Assembly: GCA_965203905.1 (NCBI GenBank)
Contig: CBDBDQ010000005.1
Span: 4,448,001-4,512,000 of the forward strand
Direction: 5' to 3'
Origin: Spirochaetia bacterium
GTDB taxonomy: Bacteria; Spirochaetota; Spirochaetia; SZUA-6; Bin103
DNA length: 64,000 bases
Made by a program: the position numbers and the translations under genes. This document shows, piece by piece, positions 52,227 to 62,453 of this stretch. Under the pieces are notes generated by a model that was given only the letters and a program-made list of their open reading frames with translations, did not search any database and was not told the origin of the DNA. Positions within the stretch are counted from its first letter, which is position 1; each line of letters opens with the position of its first letter.

Positions 52227-53870
52227 GTGAAGTACGATCTCGATACGCTGCGCGGCGACCTGTTCGGGGGTCTCACCTCCGCGGTGGTGGCACTGCCGGT
52301 CTCGCTGGCGTTCGGGGTGGCGTCGGGACTGGGGGCGGCTGCCGGTCTGTACGGCGCCATCGCGGTGGGGTTCTTTGCCGCGGTGTTCGGCGGCACCCGG
52401 TCGCAGATCTCCGGGCCCACCGCGCCGATGGCCGTGGCCATGGCGGTGATCATCACCAGCCATTCGTCCAATCTGACCGAGGCGCTCACGGTCGTGATGC
52501 TGGGTGGGCTGCTGCAGGTGATGCTCGGCGTGCTGCGATTCGGCCGCTTCGTGGCCTACACGCCGCACGTGGTGGTGTCCGGGTTCATGTCGGGCATCGG
52601 CATCATCGTGATGCTGATCCAGACCCTGCCGTTCCTGGGCGCACCCACGGCGCTGGGCGGGCCGCTGGGCGCGATCCGTGCGCTGCCTGCGGCGCTCGCC
52701 GACATCAACTTCCACGCCCTGACCATCGCCGCGGCCACCCTGCTCGTGGGAGTGCTGTGGCCGCGTCGCTGGACGCGTTTCATGCCGGGGCCGCTGGTGG
52801 CGCTGGTCGTCGGCACCCTGATCGGCGTGCTGGCGCTGCGCGACGTGCCGGTGATCGGGCCGGTGCCCACCGGACTCCCGCAGCTTCATCTCGCCTTGCC
52901 CTCGGTCTCCTTTCTGGTGAGCGCCATCCAGCCGGCGCTCATCCTCGCGCTGCTCGGTTCGGTGGACAGCCTGCTTACCTCACTGGTGGCGGACTCGCTG
53001 ACCGGGACGCGCCACAACGCCGACCGCGAGCTGATCGGGCAGGGCATCGGCAACCTGGTCGCCGGCGTGATCGGCGGCGTTCCCGGCGCCGGCGCCACCA
53101 TGGGGACGGTGATCAACATCCGCGCCGGCGGTACGACGCAGGTCTCGGGCGCGTTGCGCGCGGTGGTGGTGCTGGCGCTGCTGCTCGGCCTCGGACGCTA
53201 CGTCGAGCCGATCCCGCATGCCGTGCTGGCCGGGATCCTGATGAAGGTGGGCTGGGACATCATCGACTGGCGCATGCTCACCCGCATCCATCGCATCCGG
53301 CGCGAGCACCTGGTCGTGATGCTGATCACGCTGGGCTTGACCGTGTTCGTCGATCTGGTGACCGCGGTTGCCATCGGGCTGATCACCGCCGGCATGGCGC
53401 ACGCGCGCCAGTTGGAGCGGCTGGAGCTGGACAGCGTGATCTCGGTTCCCATGCTCGACCTTGCCTACCTGGCCAGGCAGGCGCAGGGCTGGGCCGACCC
53501 GTTCTCGGCGCGGGTCGGCCTGGTGGCGCTGCGCGGCAGCCTTACGGTAGCTTCCTCGCACAAGCTGGTAGCCGCTATCAGCGCGGACATCAAGGATCAC
53601 GAAGTGGTGATCTTCGACTTCTCCGCCGCCACCTACATCGACGACAGTGCCGCCATGCTGATCCACCAGCTTATCGAGGTCGCCACGCAGGAGCACACCG
53701 AGATAGTCGTAGCGAGCCTCTCCGGTTCGGTGGCCGAGACTCTCGGCGCACTGGGCGTGTTGCAGGAGGTGCCGGCGGACCGCCTGGTCGACACCCGCGA
53801 CGATGCGCGCGCCGTTGCCTACCGGCTGCTCGGAGCGGCGACCGCTGCGGATGCCGCGGACCGGACCTGA
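52227..53870 (+). CDS. SulP-family anion transporter with STAS domain
   Basis: GDLFGGLTSAVVALP, QISGPTAPM, RELIGQGIGN, DFSAATYIDDS. Confidence 0.93.
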   Translation: MKYDLDTLRGDLFGGLTSAVVALPVSLAFGVASGLGAAAGLYGAIAVGFFAAVFGGTRSQISGPTAPMAVAMAVIITSHSSNLTEALTVVMLGGLLQVMLGVLRFGRFVAYTPHVVVSGFMSGIGIIVMLIQTLPFLGAPTALGGPLGAIRALPAALADINFHALTIAAATLLVGVLWPRRWTRFMPGPLVALVVGTLIGVLALRDVPVIGPVPTGLPQLHLALPSVSFLVSAIQPALILALLGSVDSLLTSLVADSLTGTRHNADRELIGQGIGNLVAGVIGGVPGAGATMGTVINIRAGGTTQVSGALRAVVVLALLLGLGRYVEPIPHAVLAGILMKVGWDIIDWRMLTRIHRIRREHLVVMLITLGLTVFVDLVTAVAIGLITAGMAHARQLERLELDSVISVPMLDLAYLARQAQGWADPFSARVGLVALRGSLTVASSHKLVAAISADIKDHEVVIFDFSAATYIDDSAAMLIHQLIEVATQEHTEIVVASLSGSVAETLGALGVLQEVPADRLVDTRDDARAVAYRLLGAATAADAADRT

Positions 53871-53959
53871 ACCCGGGGCCGCCTTCGAGCCGGGGATAGT
53901 GGAATCGAGGCAGAGCGCCGGCGGCAGGGTGTCCGGCGACTTGTTCCAACCGGTGTGAT

Positions 53960-55591
53960 TCAGGAGTCTCCCTGGCCATAGCGCTGCTCCATCTGTTGCC
54001 GAATCAACGCGCTCTGCTCCTCGGCACCGTAGGAGAACCAGCGATGTTCCGGACGGTCGAGGATCTCGTTCAGCACCGTCTCCGCCGCCTCGGCACCGGC
54101 CTCGCCTCGGGCGTGCTCGATCAGCTCTCGGGCTTGCGGCACCAGCTCCATGTAGAAACGCTCCGCCACCTCGAACATGCCGTGCCAATGGGCGTAGTCG
54201 GGCGCCATCATCGAGGCCCCGTGGCGCGCCCGGCGGCCCTCGTGGTGCCAGAGGTAGAACCAGGTCCACTCGATCTCTTCGTCGAACTGAGTCGCGGTGA
54301 GCAGGCCTCCCTCCTGCAGCGCCCCCATCAGCGCCTGCCCCGGCTTGGCGAACTTCTCGTTGTACAGCACCACCAGGCTGTCGTACTGCTGGTAGAAGCC
54401 GGTCACGTACGGCTGCGTGTGGCAGTGCAGACATACCGCCTGCATCCGCTGCCGCTTGGCGTCGGCGGTGTCGGCGATCAACCGGGCGCGCACTTCCGGG
54501 TCCGCGCTCTTGACGACGTTGCCCTCGGCGTCGGTGTCCATGCGCAGACTCACCGGCGGCCGATTGGTCCACGAGATGCGGATCCCCGGATCATGGGTGA
54601 TCTTGCCGTTGTTCCGGGTGTTGCCCGACATGTGGCAGGTGGCACAGGTAGGCGCCTGGCTGTAGTCCACGCCCAGAACCCAACGGTTGGCATCCAGATT
54701 CATGTACTGCACCAGATCCCGGTAGGCGACCCCGTGCTTCGATTCCTCGAAGATCTCCTTCTGCGGATGGTCGGGCCCGAGGTGACACTTGGCGCAGTTC
54801 TCCGGCTGGCGCGCGCGCCGCGGCGAGAAATCATGACGCGAGTGGCAAGCGGAGCAAGACCCCAGCGACCCGTCCAGGTTGATCCGGCCGATCCCGGTGT
54901 TGGGCCAGGTCCCCGGATCGAACAACACTCGGCCCTGAGCGTCGCGCAGCACGCTCGCCGCGGCCGCCGCCACCGTGGGACGGCCCGCGGCGTCCGGCTT
55001 CAGATCATCCACGGTGATCGTTCCCCCGCCCGTGGTCTGCAGTCCGATCTTGCTGCCGTGGCACTGCATGCAGCCGACCTGGGCGCTGGCCAGGCCGTTG
55101 ACCATGCCTACCTGCATGCCTGGAGTGGGGGAATGAGGATCGAACGGTATCCGTGAACCTTCCACGGTCTCGGCCAGAAAGTTGTCCAACGACGCCAGGA
55201 TGTTGCCGCCTTCGGCGTGGTGGCTGGCGGCAAACTCCGCGGCTTCAACGGGGTGACACTGCGCGCAGTCCAGCGGGGTGACGATGGTGGCGATGATGTT
55301 CCCCCAGTGCATGAAGTGGTCCGCGTCCTCCACCTGCGCCGCGTGGCACTCCACGCACCCGATCCCCTTCTCGGCATGGGTACTGCTCTTCCAATGGTCG
55401 ACCAGGCCGGGGGTCACCTGGGTGTGACAATCCACGCACTGCGCCGAACTCGCCGGGACAGCGATCGCCGGCTGCACCAGCCCCGCCTCGCGCCGGCTCC
55501 GCATCAGCTCCTGGACATGAACGAAGAACAGCGTTCCCAAGTAGACCACGGCCAAGGTCCCGATGATCAGCTTCTTTCCGCTCAATCCCAT
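53960..55591 (-). CDS. Membrane-anchored octaheme cytochrome c, HAO family
   Basis: Eight CxxCH motifs (CVDCH, CVECH, CAQCH, CMQCH, CSACH, CAKCH, CATCH, CLHCH); HSRHDFS, LGPDHPQ.EI..ESKHG, APDYAHWHG. Confidence 0.9.
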   Translation of the reverse strand: MGLSGKKLIIGTLAVVYLGTLFFVHVQELMRSRREAGLVQPAIAVPASSAQCVDCHTQVTPGLVDHWKSSTHAEKGIGCVECHAAQVEDADHFMHWGNIIATIVTPLDCAQCHPVEAAEFAASHHAEGGNILASLDNFLAETVEGSRIPFDPHSPTPGMQVGMVNGLASAQVGCMQCHGSKIGLQTTGGGTITVDDLKPDAAGRPTVAAAAASVLRDAQGRVLFDPGTWPNTGIGRINLDGSLGSCSACHSRHDFSPRRARQPENCAKCHLGPDHPQKEIFEESKHGVAYRDLVQYMNLDANRWVLGVDYSQAPTCATCHMSGNTRNNGKITHDPGIRISWTNRPPVSLRMDTDAEGNVVKSADPEVRARLIADTADAKRQRMQAVCLHCHTQPYVTGFYQQYDSLVVLYNEKFAKPGQALMGALQEGGLLTATQFDEEIEWTWFYLWHHEGRRARHGASMMAPDYAHWHGMFEVAERFYMELVPQARELIEHARGEAGAEAAETVLNEILDRPEHRWFSYGAEEQSALIRQQMEQRYGQGDS

Positions 55592-55604
55592 CTTCGACCT
55601 CCCG

Positions 55605-56678
55605 TCAATGGACTGTGACCGCCTCCCATACCGTGAGCCCCAACAACGCGGCCACTACCACCAACCCGATCCAGATGCTTATGTCAGGCACGTGCAGGTA
55701 TCGCACCAGCAGCCGCTCCACGAACGGCCACAGCAGCGCCACGAACATCGCACATCCCATGGTCAGTAGCGCTACCGTCCCTGAAAACAGCTTGAGCCAG
55801 CGGAATATGGGATAGAAGAACCACTCCGGCTTGATCGTCTCCGGGGTGGTGAGCGGATCCGCCGGTGGCCCCAGCGTTGCCGGCAGCACCGTGGCCAGCG
55901 CGCTCAAGGTGATCAGCACCAGCAACGCCACGATCACCTCGGTGTAGAGATGGTCCGGCAGCAGTCGATACCGCGCGGAGTTGCTCTTGCTCCCGTCCCG
56001 CGCGCCGCTGCCCTGCTCCAGCTCCGACACGCCCTGCAGCCGAACCAGCAGCAGGTGCAGAACCATCAGCACCGTCAGCGCTGCCGGCAGGATCGCGGCG
56101 TGGATGATGAAGAACCGCGACAGCGTGGTGTCGTTGTAGAACGTTCCGCCATACAGCAGTCCCTTCGCCAGGTCGCCAATGAACGGCGCACGTCCGACGA
56201 GGTTGGCGCCGACGGTGGCTCCCCAGTAACCGAGCTGATCGAACACCAGTCGGTAACCGGTGAAGGCGGTCAGCAACGTGCACGCCAGCAGCAGTATTCC
56301 GAGCATCCAGCTCAGCTCCCGCGGATAGCGATAGGCGCCGGTGAAGAAGGTCCTCATGTGATGCAGGGCGACCGCGGCCACCATGAAGGTCGCAGCCCAC
56401 CTGTGCAGGCTGCGGATGAACCACCCGAACGCCACTTCCTCGGTGATGTAGCGCACCGATTCATAGGCCACCGCAGGATCAGGGCGGTAGTAGAGCGCCA
56501 GCAGGATCCCGGTCACCACCTGAACGAAGAACAGGAACGCCGCGGTGCCACCGAGGGCGAACCACCAGTGGCGCAGGTGCGCGGGCAGCTCTTCCTGCAG
56601 CGCGGATGTGAGCGCGCCGCGGCGCAAGGCTACGCGGCGGCGTATCCAGCCAGTCCTGGTCTCCGCGCCACCCATCAC
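55605..56678 (-). CDS. Cytochrome b of a Rieske/cytochrome b complex
   Basis: QVVTGILLALYY, IRSLHRWAA, HHMRTFFTGAYRYPREL, RFFIIH, IKPEWFF. Confidence 0.92.
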   Translation of the reverse strand: MMGGAETRTGWIRRRVALRRGALTSALQEELPAHLRHWWFALGGTAAFLFFVQVVTGILLALYYRPDPAVAYESVRYITEEVAFGWFIRSLHRWAATFMVAAVALHHMRTFFTGAYRYPRELSWMLGILLLACTLLTAFTGYRLVFDQLGYWGATVGANLVGRAPFIGDLAKGLLYGGTFYNDTTLSRFFIIHAAILPAALTVLMVLHLLLVRLQGVSELEQGSGARDGSKSNSARYRLLPDHLYTEVIVALLVLITLSALATVLPATLGPPADPLTTPETIKPEWFFYPIFRWLKLFSGTVALLTMGCAMFVALLWPFVERLLVRYLHVPDISIWIGLVVVAALLGLTVWEAVTVH

Positions 56679-57166
56679 ACTACACCCTGGTCCACCACCA
56701 CATGGATGAACAGCGCCCCCCGCTCCAGGCGCAACCGAAATCGCTCCAGGTCAAGCCCTTCCTCGAACGGCGGTCCCCCCGTGGGGCGCCCCTCCGGGTC
56801 GAATACTCCGTTGTGGCACGGACAGACGAACCGCCGGTGCTGGGGCTCCCAGTGCACGCGGCACCCGAGATGGGGACAGGCGCTGGAGAACGCCGCGAAT
56901 GAACTGGTCTCCGCGGGCGCGTGAAGCCGGGTGACATTCACCAGCGCTCCCGTGGGGCTGACGTACGGGACCGTCTGGCCGACCGCGACGTCGCGCTCCA
57001 GGACCACGAACTGCCAGCGTGCTTCGGCACCGCGGCGCGGGAACAGGAACCGGGCCGCGATGGTCAGCAGCCAGCCGCCGGCCACGCTCAGACTGCCCGC
57101 CATCAGCCAGCCGCCAGCACGCCGCAGAAAGCGCCGGCGACCGATCGGCCGGTCGGAACCTGGCAT
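56675..57166 (-). CDS. Rieske [2Fe-2S] protein
   Basis: Tat motif GRRRFL, CPHLGC and CPCHNGVF. Confidence 0.92.
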   Translation of the reverse strand: MPGSDRPIGRRRFLRRAGGWLMAGSLSVAGGWLLTIAARFLFPRRGAEARWQFVVLERDVAVGQTVPYVSPTGALVNVTRLHAPAETSSFAAFSSACPHLGCRVHWEPQHRRFVCPCHNGVFDPEGRPTGGPPFEEGLDLERFRLRLERGALFIHVVVDQGVV

Positions 57167-57577
57167 AGCGACATTCTCACCCATGGTGCTGCTGTGCCGC
57201 TCCGGCAACCAGTATCCCCGATCTGCCGTTCCAACGCGACAGCACCTGCCGCCGCCGCAGCAGCCCAAATCCGTGCCGAAGCACCTGATTCTCTCTCGCT
57301 AATTCGCGAATCGGCGGACTTTCGGAATCTACTCGGAAGTTCGCGATTTCGCGTTAGGACGGCCCCCTATGCGAAATACTGAACCAACGCGCGTAAATCG
57401 TCTCTCCAAAACAACCTGATGAGCACAGTCAACATCGTGGAGCAGTTTGGAATGAAATCAACCTGCTAAATTCACGAATTGGCGTAACAGTCGCGAAACG
57501 AACAAGAAATTCGCCATTTCGCGAATGGACCGATGGGGTGTGGCGCTGTACACGGGGCCGCCGGCGGCCCGCGCCCC

Positions 57578-59236
57578 TCAGGCGTCCGCTGGACCGAGCA
57601 GCTTCGCCTCTTCCTTCTTGATTTCGTCCATCAGCAGCACCAGGTCCAGGACGTCATGACTGGCCACGGTGCCCCGGAATTCGCCCGTCTCCCGGTCCAT
57701 GACGGGGATCACCCCGACCGAGCTGGCCGCCATCCGTTCCAGCACGTCCGATATCAGCTCGTCGGGCCAGGCCCAGGGCAGGTTGAGGCGCAGCACGTCG
57801 CGCAACGTGGTCGTGGCCCACTTGTCGTGGGGGATGGCGCGCAGCCGGGCCAGCGAGACGATACCCGCGACTGACCCGTCGTCGGCTACCACGTAGTCGG
57901 GATGGTTGGGCACCGTCCACTCGTCCATGAAGCTCTGCACCGAGGTGGACGACTGCGGATAGTCCCGCGAGCGATCCAGCACGCTGCTGACCTTGACGCC
58001 GTCGAGCGCATAGCGGGCGTAGGACGGGGTGACCGCCGGAGCCGGTGCCGCGTGGGCCCGGGACTTGGCGCGCTTCACCGTGAAATCGATCACCGGCGGC
58101 ATCAGCAGGATGTAGCCGAACATGATGAGCACGAGCAGCGAGAACACGTCCTGCCCGATCACGCCGGCCTCCAGCATGACCAGGAGCAGGGCAATCTCCG
58201 CAACGCCCTTCGACATCAGACCGGTGGCCAGGGTGACCGGTGCGTCGAGGCGAGTCAGATACGTGCTCAGGAATGCGCCGATGAACTTTCCCGCCAGCGG
58301 GATGAGCACCAGGGCCACCAGGGTCGCGACGGGGATTGCCATGAACGAGAGGTCGAACTGCAGTCCCGCCGAGGCAAAGAACAGCGGAACGAACAGTCCC
58401 TCCGCCGCGCTGCGCATGCCCGGCATGATGTCGCGGTGCACCCGTTGCGGCAGTCCGGACAGCGCGGTGCCGAACAGCAGCGCGCCGATGGTGCCGTGCA
58501 GCCCCAGTTTCTCGGCCGCCACCACGACCAGGAACAGCCCGCCCATCAACAGGCCGAACGAGAGCTCGGGCACCTGCAGGAGACGTCGCAGGAACATGAT
58601 GACAGGCGGCAGCACCTTGGTGGAGAGGACCCAGGTCACGACCACGAAACCGGTGATCTGGGCCAGCAGCACCAGCACGCCGACCACGCTCAGGTCGTGA
58701 TGCTCGCCGATGGTGAACCCCACCACCAGCAGTGCGGTCACTTCGGCGATGATCACCACGGTAAAGATCTTGAGCCCGATCGGTTCCTTGAGGTGGCCGC
58801 CGTCGGCCAGCACCTTAGCCACCAGCCCGAGGCTCGACAGCGACAGGATGCCCGCCAGCGCCAGTGCCTCGGTAAAGCCCAGGCCGAGCGCGAACTCCAA
58901 CCCCAGCAGGTCCGAGGTGACCACCAGTGCCGCCAGCAGCGAGATGATCACCGACACCACCGCGGCCACGAAGTAGCGGCCGCGGATGGTGGCCACGAAG
59001 CCGGCGAGGTCGATCTCGTCGAGGCCGATGAGAAAGAACAGGACGAATATGCCCACCCCGAGAAAGAGCTGGATCTCGGGCGTGGGCTTGACGATGCCGA
59101 GCACCGGGCCGAGCACCACGCCGGTTATGGTGTAGGCGAGGATCGAACTCAGGCCGAACCGGCCCAGGATGCCCTCGACCAGCTTGGCGACGACGATCAG
59201 CAGCCCCAGAGGGAGAAAGACTTCAATAATATGCAT
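57578..59236 (-). CDS. CPA2 cation:proton antiporter with CBS pair
   Basis: About 12 TM helices, FVPLFFASAG, KGVAEIA; C-terminal CBS repeats. Confidence 0.85.
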   Translation of the reverse strand: MHIIEVFLPLGLLIVVAKLVEGILGRFGLSSILAYTITGVVLGPVLGIVKPTPEIQLFLGVGIFVLFFLIGLDEIDLAGFVATIRGRYFVAAVVSVIISLLAALVVTSDLLGLEFALGLGFTEALALAGILSLSSLGLVAKVLADGGHLKEPIGLKIFTVVIIAEVTALLVVGFTIGEHHDLSVVGVLVLLAQITGFVVVTWVLSTKVLPPVIMFLRRLLQVPELSFGLLMGGLFLVVVAAEKLGLHGTIGALLFGTALSGLPQRVHRDIMPGMRSAAEGLFVPLFFASAGLQFDLSFMAIPVATLVALVLIPLAGKFIGAFLSTYLTRLDAPVTLATGLMSKGVAEIALLLVMLEAGVIGQDVFSLLVLIMFGYILLMPPVIDFTVKRAKSRAHAAPAPAVTPSYARYALDGVKVSSVLDRSRDYPQSSTSVQSFMDEWTVPNHPDYVVADDGSVAGIVSLARLRAIPHDKWATTTLRDVLRLNLPWAWPDELISDVLERMAASSVGVIPVMDRETGEFRGTVASHDVLDLVLLMDEIKKEEAKLLGPADA

Positions 59237-59239
59237 CAG

Positions 59240-59890
59240 CTAGTCGAACGATACCATTGCGGAGGTGAGGTCGGACTCGATTTCGCGTACCGCGGCGGTG
59301 ACTTCGCGTCCCATCAGGTCCAGCTTGTCGATCTGCCGGATGCGTGGCAGCAGCTTCTGCAACTCTTCGCCGGAGAGCAGGGTGGCGAAGATGCCGCAGG
59401 CGTCCGCCAGAGCGATGATCAGCGTGTCGCGGGCGTCGGGTATCTCCTCGCTGCGCAGCACCTCCATGATGCGCAGTCTCACTTCCTTCACCGCCTGGTC
59501 ATCCAGCACCGGGTAGCGCCGGGTGCGGAACACCCACAGGAACCGACCCTGCTCCTGGCGCAGAACGCCGCGTTCGACGAGACGGGCCAGGGAACGATCG
59601 CGAATCTCGCCTGCGTACGAGGCAATCTCCCGGATCCAATGGCGGGTGTCATGGATTGCGGTGGAGCCTGCAATGCGCCGCAGGGTTGGGGCCAGCAGCT
59701 CATCGTCGCTCGGCAGCGGGTTCACCACGAACAGCCGCTGCGGGTCGGTATCGATGTGTCCGTCGAGCGCCAGATCCATGAGTACGGCGCCGGCCAGGGC
59801 GAGTTCGAGCGACTGCGGGGGCAGTTCGGCGAAGGCTCCACCGCCATCATCGAGCAGCAGCAGCATGATCTCTTCGGAGAATCTGAGCAT
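59240..59890 (-). CDS. GPP34/GOLPH3-family protein
   Basis: EEIMLLLLDD, LAGAVLMDLALDGHI, LVERGVLRQE...LWVFRTRRYP. Confidence 0.85.
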   Translation of the reverse strand: MLRFSEEIMLLLLDDGGGAFAELPPQSLELALAGAVLMDLALDGHIDTDPQRLFVVNPLPSDDELLAPTLRRIAGSTAIHDTRHWIREIASYAGEIRDRSLARLVERGVLRQEQGRFLWVFRTRRYPVLDDQAVKEVRLRIMEVLRSEEIPDARDTLIIALADACGIFATLLSGEELQKLLPRIRQIDKLDLMGREVTAAVREIESDLTSAMVSFD

Positions 59891-59931
59891 TCAGGCCCTC
59901 TCGCGCGCGGTGACCGACTGCGTGGGACACA

Positions 59932-62448
59932 TCAGGCGGCCACTCGCTTGCGCATGATGAGTCGATTGTGCCCGCCGAAGGTGGCGTGTTCCACCCCATC
60001 CATCTGTGCCGGCCGCACGATCTCCCCGGCCACGTGGCTCACGTAGCGGTCATCGGCGCTCGTGTCGGGTGGGGCATCCACCAACTCGTAGGGAGCACCG
60101 TAGTCGTCCACCGTCAACTCTGCCACTCCATCCTCGAGCGAGGCCCGGACGGAAATCTCGTAGGTGCTGCCCGCGGGCAGGCGGTAGTCGATGGTGGTGG
60201 TGAGCACGTCGGCCAGCGCCATCTGGAGCCCTCTGGCGGTAGCCGGATCGATGCCGGCGCGCTTGGCGAAGGCGGCGATCTCGCCGGTGGCCCGTGGTAT
60301 CTCGGCGAGGTCATTGCGCAGCGAGAAGCGGTGCACGATGATCGCGTCCTCCGCCTTCTCGCGACTGAGCACGAGCATTGCGATGTCGTCGAACTGCGGC
60401 GCTTCTCCGGCGAACGCCTCCACCGTCCGCAACATGGTCTCTATGGTGTCGCTGGGGCTGCGGTCGGCACAGGTCAGCAGGCTCTCGCGCATGCGCTCGT
60501 AGCCGAACTCCTCTTCCTCGAGGTTGGTCGACTCCGGCACGCCGTCGGTATAGAGGAACAGTTTCCCCTGCGGCGGGATCACCACCCGACCATCGCCGTA
60601 GTCCAACCCGTCGAACATTGCCAGGGCCACGCCGCCGGTCAGCGGCAGCAGATCGGCCTGGCCCGGGGCCACCAGCACCGGCGGGTTGTGGCCGCCATTG
60701 CAGTACCACAGCGTCCCGTCGCGGCGGTCGAAGATGCCGTAGAACACGGTGACGAACACGTCGGAGCGGGACGCGTCGGCCAGCGTCTCGTTGACCATCT
60801 CCAGGCACTTGCCGGGTCCGTCCTCCACGTAGCGGGCGGTGGCCCGAATCACGGTGCGGGTAACCGCCATGAACAGGGACGCGGGCACGCCCTTGCCCAC
60901 CACGTCGCCGATGACGATGCCGACGCGGTCCTCGTCCAGCGGGAAGAAGTCGTAGAAGTCGCCGCCCACCTCCTTGGCCGTGTGCATGGTGGCGTGGATG
61001 TGGGTGCCGTCGGTGTCAAGCTGCTCGCCGGGGAGGAAGGAACGTTGCACGCGGGTCGCGACCTGCAGGTCGTGCTGCAGGGCCATGTAGGCGGTCTGCG
61101 TGCGCAACGCCTCCTGCAGCTCTGCCACCAGCGTGCGCAGGCGCTCCTGCTGCCGCCCGACGCGATCGGTCATCTTCTGGAAGGCGAAGCCCATCACCTG
61201 CAGGTCGCCGGCGCTGTCCTGCTCGGCCGGCATCTCTCCCGGGCGGTTCGCCGCCGGCACCGCCGGAGCCTCGATCTCGGCCAGGTCCTGGAGGATGTCG
61301 TTGCGCTCTTCCTCGTTCAGGTTGGTGGACAGCCGCGTCATCTCGCCGCGGATGAACCGCTCCTGCTGGCGCTGGCGGCGCAGCGCCCGCCGGCGGTGAC
61401 GGCGCAACGCCAGGGTCTGGGTGCGGAACGTGTTGACCGCCTCCGCGATGCGCGCCAGCTCGTCATTGGCGTGCTGATGGCTCACCTCGACGGTGGCCTG
61501 GGTATCGCCGCGCGAGAGCGCATCCAGCACCTGCACCCCGTCGGTAAGGGGGGACAGTGCGCGCCGGAGGTAATAGGACAGCGCCACCAGCGACGCCAGC
61601 AGGAAGCCGCCGATCGCCAGGAAGGTGATCCGTCCGACGCGGCGCTGCTCGGTATACGCCGCGGTCACGTCGCGCACGGTGACCACCTGAGCCACCAGGT
61701 TGCCCAGCTCCGCCTCCAGCGGGAATGCGGCGAGCGAAAACACGCGATCGTCCTCGCTGCGCAGCTCCTGCGCGGCGCGGTCCCGGAGCCACTCCGACCC
61801 GCTCACGGCGTCCCAGATCTGCGGATCGGTGCCCGCCAGCAGGCGGCCGCGCCGGTTGACGATCAACGCCTCGGCACCGATGTCCTCCCTGAGCTCGGAC
61901 AGGGCCTGCACGATGTCGGTGGCATAGATGGCCACCGCCAGCGGCGTTCCGTCGTCCGCGTACAGCAGCACCCCCACGGACAGCGTCACGTTGCGCTCGG
62001 CGTCGATCGCCACCCCGCTGGCGCCGCGGCGTCCGACGATCATGGCGCTGAGAGCGTCTTCGCTCGCCGCAGCGGTGGGCTCGAACGCCGGTTCCGAGGA
62101 GTACAGCACCTCCCGCGACAGCGCCACCAGGTCGAGGCGGGTCACGTCTCCGGTGCTGCGCAACCGGGCGAGCACGTTCCCGGCGGCCGTCGAGATGGCG
62201 CCGGGATCGTTGTCGAGCAACGCGGCGCGCAAAGCATCATGCTGCTCCACCAGCGGCGTGAGCTCGCGCATGCGCTGAATCCCGGTCTCGACGATCTTGC
62301 TCCACAGCGCCCGGCTGCCGCCGATGGCGGTCTGGTCGAGCTGCTCGCGCAGCAACTCCTCGCGCTGGAAGCCGGCGAACACCAGACCGGCGATCATCAC
62401 CGCCATGAACGCTACGACAATGAGGCCGATGCGGGTCTTGATTCCCAT
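59932..62448 (-). CDS. Membrane sensor PP2C/SpoIIE phosphatase with HAMP and C-terminal RsbW-like domain
   Basis: Two TM helices flanking a sensor domain, EVGGDFYDF, GDVVGKG, CNGGHNPP, YTDGV, QFDDI, then a HATPase-like tail. Confidence 0.88.
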   Translation of the reverse strand: MGIKTRIGLIVVAFMAVMIAGLVFAGFQREELLREQLDQTAIGGSRALWSKIVETGIQRMRELTPLVEQHDALRAALLDNDPGAISTAAGNVLARLRSTGDVTRLDLVALSREVLYSSEPAFEPTAAASEDALSAMIVGRRGASGVAIDAERNVTLSVGVLLYADDGTPLAVAIYATDIVQALSELREDIGAEALIVNRRGRLLAGTDPQIWDAVSGSEWLRDRAAQELRSEDDRVFSLAAFPLEAELGNLVAQVVTVRDVTAAYTEQRRVGRITFLAIGGFLLASLVALSYYLRRALSPLTDGVQVLDALSRGDTQATVEVSHQHANDELARIAEAVNTFRTQTLALRRHRRRALRRQRQQERFIRGEMTRLSTNLNEEERNDILQDLAEIEAPAVPAANRPGEMPAEQDSAGDLQVMGFAFQKMTDRVGRQQERLRTLVAELQEALRTQTAYMALQHDLQVATRVQRSFLPGEQLDTDGTHIHATMHTAKEVGGDFYDFFPLDEDRVGIVIGDVVGKGVPASLFMAVTRTVIRATARYVEDGPGKCLEMVNETLADASRSDVFVTVFYGIFDRRDGTLWYCNGGHNPPVLVAPGQADLLPLTGGVALAMFDGLDYGDGRVVIPPQGKLFLYTDGVPESTNLEEEEFGYERMRESLLTCADRSPSDTIETMLRTVEAFAGEAPQFDDIAMLVLSREKAEDAIIVHRFSLRNDLAEIPRATGEIAAFAKRAGIDPATARGLQMALADVLTTTIDYRLPAGSTYEISVRASLEDGVAELTVDDYGAPYELVDAPPDTSADDRYVSHVAGEIVRPAQMDGVEHATFGGHNRLIMRKRVAA

Positions 62449-62453
62449 CAGAC

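Noticed and set aside
53960-55591. Evidence of ammonia oxidation or anammox
   Set aside because: No amo, cycA/cycB or hzs genes in the window, and the protein looks like the non-cross-linked type.
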